Assembly: GCA_905178155.1 (NCBI GenBank)
Contig: CAJINV010000019.1
Coordinates: forward strand, 564,475 to 628,474
Direction of reading: 5' to 3'
DNA from: Amoebophrya sp. A120
Taxonomy: Eukaryota > Protista > Dinoflagellata
DNA length: 64,000 nucleotides
Shown: piece by piece, positions 38,101-47,485 of the stretch
Numbering within the stretch: the stretch's first letter is position 1
Layout: the number at the start of each line of letters is the position of its first letter
Made by a program: the position numbers and the translations under genes
Notes under the pieces: generated by a model
Seen by the model: only the letters and a program-made list of their open reading frames with translations
Database searches by the model: none
Told to the model about the DNA's origin: nothing

Positions 38101-38530
38101 AGGCGTTCTAGCCCCGTGCTGACGGCATCGCTGCCGTTGTTGGAACGTACTTGAAAAAAGAGCTTTCTCAGTGTGTATCTTTCATGGTTCAGTTCGGTTT
38201 TTGTTCCTGTCCTGGTTGTTCACACACATCGACGCGAAGGTTGTTGGAGGTCGTTGCTATGTAACAAAGCGTCCATATCAAATATTGATCAAGGGCTCCT
38301 TTGCGAGTAAGGCCAGAAAAGGACGACATGCCCAAGCACCGCTACTTCTGACGATGATAGTGAGAGGTTCAAGACTGCAATGGTGGTGATAAGTGATTCT
38401 CCGTGTTTGCTAAGTGCTAAGTACTCATTTTTCTCACACTGACACAAGAAGTGAAGCACAGGCGACTCTTGGATCATACATAGTTTGTTCTTCATCCAGA
38501 TAAAACTCCACCAGCAATAACACCATCCCG

Positions 38531-40319
38531 ATGCCGGTTTCCTCTCGTTGGCCGATTGTGCAGACCGACTGGTTTGAAAAAGTTTTCGGTTTTCCCGAGC
38601 CCCGGTCATGGGACGAAACAATCGAGAAGTTCGACTACGATCCGGAGAAGCAGGGGGTTTTGCGAACTGCAGCTGCTCAGAAAGGAGGAACAAACGAGGC
38701 TCGGGAGTTCCACGTCGGTTATTTTACCCGCCCGTCCCTCGGCGAGCTGCGAAGGAGAAACGAAGAAAACATGCAGGCCCATCACCCGGGAAAGTCACCT
38801 GATGAAGACGTCGAGGACAATGCGGCGCCGGCGGACAAAGTACAACCTCCGAAAAGTTGTATCAGTTCAGCTTCTCTATCAACCTTCCAGATTCTCACCC
38901 GGCAGGATGTGCAGGCGCTGCACAATTTGGACAAGCACGGAAACCACTTTGCGACGTTTCAGGTGGCGTCACAGTTCAACTGCTTGGAGCAGGTTGACAT
39001 GGGGATGTACCCGGAACTAGGTGTAACCCGGTGGGCCATGGATAAAACCCAGGGACCAGCGTGTTCTTTGTGTACCGCACCGGCGGTGGTTGTGAGAAAT
39101 TACTTCACGGGGCAGAGCCGGGAGAAGCAAATTGACAACTTGGAAGATCTGACGCGATTTGTGGAGCAGGCTGCGAAAAACGGCAGTGGCACACGAGGTC
39201 GTGGAGGCGACAAAGCATCTTTATTCATCCCTCCGGCTATTAACCAATACCCGAGCAGCGAACATGGCACGACTTCGAGCTGCGAGGGAGAGCAGAGGGA
39301 ACGCTCAGCATCGGGTGAGCAGGAACAGGCAGGTGAAAATGAAGGCGCCCGTGGACGAAAACAAGGCAGCCAGGTAGAAAAGAACGATGATCACGACATC
39401 AATTCTCAATACTCGCAGAGCGAAAATAATAGCGTCAGCAAAAGCTACACCCCGATTTCCAGCGTCTTTTCCGCTTCGAAAGTCAGTGCCTCGAAAAACA
39501 GCAACAGAAGTTCTTCACCAGAATCCAAGAAGGCGGCAAGGCCATCAGCAGCGGACGATAAAGACCTAGAACACAAGTTCTGGCGCGTTATTGCAGGCTA
39601 CACGAAGGCGGAATCAAAAGGCTTATGCGCCGTCCCGTGGGACAAAGTGGATCGGGAGCTGTGCAAGGAAAAGCTGAGGATCGGCGTGCACGCAGACACG
39701 CAGGTGACGGCGTGTGGTGACTTTGGGTTGACGGAATACAAAAGCAACGACAGCGAGGGTAGTAAAAAGGGGAATCACCTCGTGACCCACTGCCTCTCGT
39801 CCGCCTGCGCGATTTCCTACAACAGCTCGCGCACCACGAAGTCAGATTGGGAAGTACTCGCGCGGATCGTCCTGGAAGCCAGTTACGAGGCGTGTTTTTA
39901 CGCGGCTTTGGAAACGATGAAAAGGCATGACGGGGAACTTGGGTCGAAAAAGTTGTTCCTAACGCTGCTTGGCGGAGGGGTGTTTGGAAATTCCAGCTCT
40001 TGGATCTACGAGGCGATTTTGCTTTCCTGTATGCAATGGAGAAGATTTTTTCTATACACCACCACGCTATTAAGATCTCTGCGCTATATCATGATGGAGC
40101 CGTCCTGCGTTTTTCCACATAGAACAGCATGACAAAGTTAGTGTTTCCGAGCTGCAGCTAGAGTTTCTCATGCGTGTTGTGTACTGGAAGAGGCTTTTAC
40201 AGTGCACATTTGTGAAGAAGTTCAAGAACTGCGGGCTGGAAGTGGTTTTGGTTAGTTTCGCGCCGATGGACGATGGACTGAAGAAGTTTGAGCAGCAAGC
40301 GCAGAAGATTTTGCACTAG
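38531..40319 (+). CDS. Conserved uncharacterised protein (WFE..FGF.E / VASQFNCLE / GPAC / LTLLGGGVFGN family), possibly macrodomain-like
   Basis: Motifs in ORF 38531; C-terminal exon KKFKNCGLEVVLVSF...ILH-stop after the degenerate element at 40030-40208. Confidence 0.65.
40030..40208. mobile_element. Degenerate introner (~179 bp)
   Basis: TATGCAATGGAGAAG...CTTTTACAGTGCACA weak IR, internal GCATGACAA motif; direct repeat eroded. Confidence 0.55.
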
Positions 40320-41159
40320 AATCAGTAGAGCCTTTGCTGTTTCGGATGAAGATGAAGAATTTTGCTAGTAACGTTGTCGACGAAGAACAAATTCTAATCA
40401 AGTAGCATCGGACGTCGAGTAATTTGCAACCCATTCTTGCTGTAGCACCTTGCTGTGATGTGTCCCACCCGTGCACGTGGTGTTCACCTGGAAGTAGTGA
40501 ACCTCGCCATCAAGAAAGTTCTCCCAGTACTACAATTAGTACGTGGGATATCTTGTTCGCAAGAAGAACTACGTGGCCATGAAAGTGGTATAGCAAAACG
40601 AGATCAACAACATACAGAACAAGTTCAACTGGGTGGAGAAGTTCTAGCAGCAGTAAAAAGTGATTGTCCTCGTACCTGCTCCTACTATTTCGCTACTGCC
40701 GTTATTTCAGCAGCAGCCGCAGCAACATCTCTGTCGAAGCAAGATCCGCGGGCAAGAGAACAGATCACGATTTTGAAGATGAGTTCAACTTTCCTCGTTT
40801 TCCTTTTTCAAGAAGAATCTAGAAGGCGTGGCGGCCTTTTACTCTTTTCCTTTTTCATCTGGGTCGTACGTATCACAATCAGGACGAGATGATGTATTTT
40901 TGAGGAAAAGGAATACTACTTACAAGAACAGTGACCACAGTTTCCCGGGCGACCTTATTTACACCGAAGACAGTGCGGAAGATCCCTAGCCCACACGACT
41001 TCTACTTTGTGCGACGCCTCTAGCTTCTTGACGTTTTTTTACTGTTAGAATTTTTACCACCTCCAATTCGACGGACGTACCAGAGGAACAATAGCAAGCA
41101 GAAAATGACGCCCCGCCGTTCGTTCGTCTTGCTAAGGCCACTGAATAGGTGAAATAACC

Positions 41160-41465
41160 TATTACAATGAAAAATGCCCCCACCCCCGAACTTGAAAGCA
41201 TTTGTATTGCAAATCTTTCCAAATGAAACATTCGCCCTCTTGCGTGTATCAGCATCACAGATTTCCGATCGTGAATAGCAAAAATTTGTATTGCAAAAGA
41301 TCCCAGCAAGAGCGGTGCTTGTCATGCAAGCGATGCGAAACACGACTAGAATCTGCATCAGAAAGATTCTTACTCCTTTCATGCATGACAAAAAGCTTTC
41401 ATTTGGAAACTTCGCATCACAAATTGTTGCAATTTCAGGGGTGGGGGGCATTTTTCACTGTGATA
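41160..41465. mobile_element. Introner family D (306 bp), 27 nt upstream of the SEC22 ATG
   Basis: Family D TIRs; direct repeat TAACC. Confidence 0.92.
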
Positions 41466-41492
41466 TAACCCACGAAACCTAACTGAGTCCTC

Positions 41493-42585
41493 ATGGACTT
41501 GGTTTTTATCTCCCGCGCAGCCGACGGGCTGGTGCTGGTCGAGACATGGGAGTCATCATCGATGACCCAAGCTTCACAGTATTGAAGAGTCGTTTTGAAG
41601 ATTTTTGGCATGCCGTTTTGTATGCATAGTGACCAAATAAATCCGGTCTATTTTCTGTTGTTGTATGTATCGCATGACACATAAGAAGCCACATTGTAAC
41701 TTTATCAGGTTGAAGCAGCAAGCGAAGGCGTTGATGAAAAAGGTCGCTCACGGGCCAGACCGATGTACCGTCGACGTTCTCGGTGGCTACCAGTTTCACT
41801 ACAGAATAGACGACGGCGTCTGCATCATGGTGCTGAGCGGGGCGGTATTGAACTTTTTTTCGACCAAAAAGCGCGGTTTTGATTCTGATTATGCATGACA
41901 ATGTCAGGCACAGGCAGATATAAAATTTGTATTGCAAGAGCAAGAAATGAAACAGAAACTATCATCACTCTCAGGACTATCCGAAGAAGCTCGCGTTTGC
42001 ATTCCTCGAGGAAATATATCGTTTGTTTCTGGAAGAGTTGAAGCGCGAATTCGGCACCGGTGCAGTGGATTACCGCAGTAGAATCGAGTGCATAGACAAA
42101 CCTTACTACTTCATAAAGTTCGAGAGGATAATTCAGAAAAAGCAGCGCGAGTTCCGGGACCCGAAATCCAATTCGAGTTTGCAGAAGCTCAGCGAGAGTT
42201 TGGTGGAGGTATAGTAGAAATTTTTGGTATTCTCATTCTCTGACGGTGACGAAGACTATGACTAATGTCATGCATATTTATGAAACAGCATGTGTACTAC
42301 CCTGTGCACCAGGTGTGCGTGCTAAGTAGATCTAAAAAAATGCAACACTTCATCCACCAACTTCTTCAGGTTCAATCCGTGATGCGGCGCAACCTCGACG
42401 ACTTGATAGAAAAGGGCACGAAACTTGAGGAGGTTGGCGCCAAGGCCTCCTCGCTGCGTGACCACTCGAAAAATTTCAAGGACAACGCAAAAATGCTCTC
42501 CCTGCAGGCACTTTTCCGGCAGTATGCGGTGCTGGGCGGCATTGTGTTTTTCATACTTTTCATCATATGGTGGAAGCTGATTTAG
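41493..42585 (+). CDS. SEC22: Vesicle-trafficking longin R-SNARE SEC22; three GT-AG introns
   Basis: MDLVFISRAADGLVLVETW; DYPKKLAFAFLEEI; IECIDKPYYFIKFERIIQKK; R-SNARE coil VQSVMRRNLDDLIEKGTKLEEV; C-terminal TM. Confidence 0.9.
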
Positions 42586-43333
42586 CCCCTACCCAAAGCA
42601 TTCAATCCCAAAATCTCAATCATAGCGACATAGTAGAAAACTTACTACCCAAGAATTAATATTTCGCGACAACCAACAGCAAAGAAACCGAGTTTTTGAA
42701 AAAATGTAAATCAAAAGAAAAGAGACACGCAACTACATGATACGATCCAAGGACGCGGAGGTGATGCCGCAAGAGGAAGAGTCCCGGTTTTGTTGCAAGT
42801 GGCGCGAACGATTTCTTTGCGACAACAATGTAGGAGGTGGGTTGCTCTTCATGTGGTGCGGGCTTTGATCTTGGACCTTGTCGAAAGGCGGCCGATATAG
42901 TCAGTTTCGGTTGCGTTTACGTTTTCTACTTCTTTCGGTGCTTTTCGTCCGGGTAGGTGGCATAGAGCAGGCACATTAGAACCATTTGAGACATACGTGA
43001 GCGCGGGCAGAAATAGAGCGGAGGGTGGTTCTGATCATTTTTCCTTCCAGTAGCTGCGTGGAACCGAGATGAATCGCCATTTAACTACAATACAAGATCT
43101 TCGTTCGTGAAATCAAACACGTCGGTTGACGATCCGTGGTGGGTGCTACTTAGACATAACTTGTTTAGTTTTGCAGCGTAGAACGAGGCACCGGAGGGAA
43201 CAAATCCCTGCAGCGGGTTCCGTGCTGCATACAGCTTTTCTGTTCCTCTCTTTAGCACGGACTGGGTCGTACGTCAATTTGTAGCTGCGTATGAAATTAT
43301 ACAGCTTCTTGTTGCATCAAATCCACAAAGCAG

Positions 43334-46300
43334 ATGAAAATGAAGTCCTTCGAGCTGGAACTTCCCAAAGTTCCCAGCAGCTTATGGCGGGCGCAGAAAC
43401 TTTTTTTTCAACTACTTTTTTTTTTTTACCCATATGATTTACCCATGGTAACTAATAGGCATGATTTATTATATACATTTCCCATGCATGGATAGATAAC
43501 ATACAAAATTTCGCTTAGCTAGCTAGTCTGAAGGCAGGAATCGGTCGACACCGGCGGGGCCCGGCTTCACGGATTCGGACCGAATCCGTGCGACCGTTCA
43601 CTGCTGGCGCCTTCCTGTCCCTGCCTTCAGACTAGCTAGTTAAATACTTATCAGCAGCGACGCTCATATATCAACTCTTTTGGCAGCGCACAGCTTCCTC
43701 ACATACAACCCGTCGCGTTTTCATATGGGTAAAAAAAAAAAAGTAGTTGAAAAAAAAGTTTCTGCGTCCGCCATACAGCTCCTCTGGCGTTTCTTCGTCC
43801 GCAACGACAATAGCGACGACATCTGCCTCCACATCAACCGACATGAACGCGGCTGCTAATAAAGTCATGCACCAAATGAATTACACCGCGACCACCCCGT
43901 CGAAGTTCAGCACAACCAATCCGACGCCAAAAACGAACTTATCCCTCACTAACGTGAACGACTCCATTGTGCGGGCGCCGTCGCCGAGCATGTTCAGCAA
44001 CCTCTTCCAACAACTCTCTCCGAACGGCAAGGGGATGAAGAACAACAATGGCGATGACGATTCCTGCGCGCGGGGGCAGACATCGCAGCAGAAGGCGTAC
44101 GAGCGATTTTGCATCCAGGGGACACTGTTTATCAACTTTACCCTCGCGATCGTAAAGTTGATCGCGTTCTTGACGTCGTTTTCCATGGCGGTTTTGGCGA
44201 GTTTGGTGGACTCTTGCGTCGATTTGTTTGCGCAGAGTGTGTATGCATTGCAAAAGCATCGTACTAGTATAAATCGCAATACAAATTTTCTCAGAAGGAG
44301 AAATGGAGTTTGTAATGCTGATTTGGCTAAGAAACAAGTACAAGGTTTGTCATGCATGATTGCAATTAGTACGAGTACGATACTTTTGCAGAGCATAGTG
44401 TGTTGCTGTACGCGAATCGGGCGAAGGCGGCGAAGTCGGCACTGTATCTATCAAAAGGAAAAATCCCCCCTCCCCATATCGAAAATTAAATTTGTGATGC
44501 TGTATTTGGGTACACAAATCGACTTGTAATGCTAGAAGGCCAAGAGACGCAGCTGTGGCCTCGGTTGCAGGCAATTTGTCATGCTGTTTCCCACTTCCAG
44601 TTGCCCCCTGTCATGCGGAAGATGCAAGGCTTTCCCACGCCAACCAGCACTACAGTCCGCATCTTTTCCCTTCTAGCATGACAAAGCTGATTTGTGGCCA
44701 CAAATCTGCATCGCAAATTTCTAGTTTGAGTATGGGGTGGGGGGATTTTTCACTTTCATAGTATCCGGCCGGGAGGGCGAGGATTGAGCCGGTGGGGGTT
44801 GTGGTAAGAAAGTGCAGTAGGTTTTTGGATTTTTTCTTCCCCCTTGATACATACTGTACCCTCGCATGCGCTTTTATCTCATCACAAAAGAGTATAGACG
44901 AATCTGCAGTTCAGCACCACGAATTTTATCTTCTATTGCGACAACCTAACCTCCCCTGTCCTGCTCGTCAGGTTGCGTCCGCGGTCATGGGCATGGCGTC
45001 GCTCGAGGTGATCCGGGAATCGATCCAGCAACTCGTGAAACAAGAGCCCTCGGTCGACATGTCCATCTCCGCGAATGTCATCGTTGCCGCCATCATTTTC
45101 ATCAAGATTGTCATTTGGCGCCTGTCCAAAACCATCGCCATCCGCACGGGCTCCTCCTCCGTGGAAGCCATTTCGCAGGACAACTTCAACGACATTTTGT
45201 CCAACGCCAGTGCCATGCTGTTCGCCAATTTAGGGAGCCATTTCCTCGACGAAAGTAAAAAGCCAGATAATGGTGGCGCTGCACCATCAACCGGTGTGGA
45301 GCATAGCAACCCTGACAGACCGGGGAATTCCTGGTGGATGATTGATCCAGCGGGCGCGATCTTGATCTCCATGTACATCATTTACTCCTGGGTGTCCCTC
45401 GGAATCGAGCAGGTGCAGATCCTGTATCAAAAGGAAAAATCCCCCCACCCCATACCGAGAGGAAGATTTGTGTAGCATGATTTGTGACCACAAATCATGT
45501 TGTCATGCTAGAAGGGAAGAGATGCTTGCGGATTGTAGTGCTGGCTGGCGTTGGTGTTGGAAAGCCTTGCGCCTTTTGCATGACAGAAAGCAACTGGAAA
45601 CGGAAAACAGCATGACAAATTGCCTGCAAACGAGGGAGCAGTTGCGTCTCTTGGCCTTCTAGCAGTACAATTCGATTTGTGTACTCAAATACAGCAACAC
45701 AAGTTTCGTTTTGGATATGGGGAGGGGGGATTTTTCCTCACAATATCCTGGTGGGGAAAGTCGCGGACCGGGAATTTCTGGACGAAGTCAGACGGATTTT
45801 GGAGGAGGATATCCAGTCGGACAAGCTGTTGAACAGCAAAAATGTGACGATCGACAAGCTCACCGCGTACCACTTTTATGGCTTGCTCAGATGTTACAAT
45901 CTCAAACGTTACGGTCGAATCTGGAATTTGTCTTGCATGAACAGCATGAGTTGTACCATACAGAGACTTGGGCTCTTCGCAATACAAATTTCGTCAGAAT
46001 CTCATGGGGTTCTTTGGGGCTCCGAAACTTGTCATGCGCGCTCCTTTGGGAGTAGGCCAGATGTTGCGGATTTTGCAACACAAATTCCAGATTCTATTGT
46101 AACGTTTGAGATTTTTGTAACACCTGAGCGGGTTATAACTTTGGCCCGAAATTTCTCGTCGAGGTCGAGCTTGTCATGCCTGTATCCTGAGTAAAAACGT
46201 CCCCACACCAGAGTCAGGATGGGGATTTTGCAACACAAACCTAGGAGTTTTGGAAGTCACGCATGACAAGTTGCACTCCGCAGTGTAGTGCAGGTTAGCA

Positions 46301-46837
46301 AGTGCAGCCGCATCACAGATTCATCTGCTCATCCTGTTCACAGCATCACAAATTCCACTACACGACTGGAAATGGCTTTCATGGGGATGCGCATTACAAG
46401 TCTTCCTGTCTTTGCAAATCTGCATTACAACTCTGGTGTGGGGACGTTTTTACTCAGGATAGCCGGAAGACACGCTGCTGCGCGAGTCCCACGACTGCGG
46501 CATCCGGTTGCAGCACCACGTCGAATCGTTGTCGCAGGTGGAAAGGTGTTTCGTCCACATTGACTACGCTGTCCGGGAGGTGGACGACCACGATCCCGGG
46601 GCGCCGTTGGCGTTGAAAACATATTGCTCCGGTAGTGCTTCCGGCACGGGGGAGGCGGGGACAGATGGGTTGGGAGTAGACCCGGAGCAGTTGGAGGCGT
46701 TATTGGTTGATGATTCGGGGAGAGATGATCATCATGAAGTGAACGATGTTGTGCGGGGAGGTATAATTTCTTCTTCTTCATCCGGGGAAGGTGGCACTGT
46801 CAACATGATGATTCTAGGCCGGTCAAGTACGAGCTAG
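43334..46837 (+). CDS. Cation diffusion facilitator, Mn-CDF / MTP8-11-like metal transporter; 6 elements plus 1 GT-AG intron (44804-44971)
   Basis: SMAVLASLVDSCVDL, YPAGRARIEPVGVV, SQDNFNDILSN, WMIDPAGAILISMYII, LVGK, AYHFGPKFLVEVELVMPEDTLLRESHD, VERCFVHIDY (several rebuilt only after element removal); start codon tentative. Confidence 0.92.
43383..43775. mobile_element. MITE family H-like (393 bp) with nested inner inverted repeat, apparently in coding sequence
   Basis: ~55-bp TIR TATGGCGGGCGCAGAAACTTTT..CAACTACTTT..ACCCATATGA; direct repeat CAGCT; inner perfect 20-bp IR at 43519-43538 / 43620-43639; removal gives PKVPSSSSGV. Confidence 0.9.
44242..44397. mobile_element. Introner family B (156 bp)
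   Basis: Family B TIRs; direct repeat GTGTG. Confidence 0.92.
44449..44760. mobile_element. Introner family E (312 bp)
   Basis: TATCAAAAGGAAAAATCCCCC...GGGGGATTTTTTCACTTTCATA; direct repeat GTATC. Confidence 0.92.
45425..45745. mobile_element. Introner family E (321 bp)
   Basis: Family E TIRs; direct repeat TCCTG. Confidence 0.92.
45877..46137. mobile_element. Introner family F (261 bp)
   Basis: Family F TIRs; direct repeat ACTTT. Confidence 0.92.
46183..46461. mobile_element. Introner family C (279 bp)
   Basis: Family C TIRs; direct repeat GCCTG/GCCGG. Confidence 0.92.
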
Positions 46838-47485
46838 GGAAGGACTTGATTTGGAACTTGGTCACTTCATGATGATGGAATAAATTTTTGAGACGGAGAA
46901 CCTATCTACTAAACCGCCGTTTCGACATTCGAAATTAAAGACTGTGCTCTGCGGAAAAGAAAAGTTTAGATCGAAACAGTAATTCTAGATGAAACTACTC
47001 AGCGGAGTAGGTGATCGGAAATGGACTATGTTGATGTTCCTCTTCTGTGTCGTCGCAGAATACACCACTACTCCATCTGCGAGTAGTACTCGAAGTTTGT
47101 ACCACTATACCAGCGGAGAAGCAGCCCCACATAGACAAAGATGAAGCTCAGTCTTTCGCTGCTCTGAATGAAGGTCCAAGTCGATCTTGCCAAGAAAAAA
47201 ATACCCGTTCCTGCATTTTTGGGTTAACTGCAATGCGTTCTTCACCTTCGTCCTCATCATGCTGCAATCATTTTTTTTGTTTCCACAGCCGCGGCACAGT
47301 ATTTCCTTTTTGCAGTAGGATAAAAGGAATACGAATTATACAGCGACTATGTTTCACCAACGAGGAAGAGTATAAAAATATGTTGTAGTGCTCCTTTGAT
47401 TTGTGACTACCACACGTACTAGGAAGTTGCTTTCACTTATTTCTTCGTACTACACGGAAAGAAACACGGAACCTTCAAAACAATA

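Noticed and set aside
36291-38154. Many overlapping Arg/Ala/Pro-rich ORFs
   Set aside because: Expected from very high GC content; no recognisable domain
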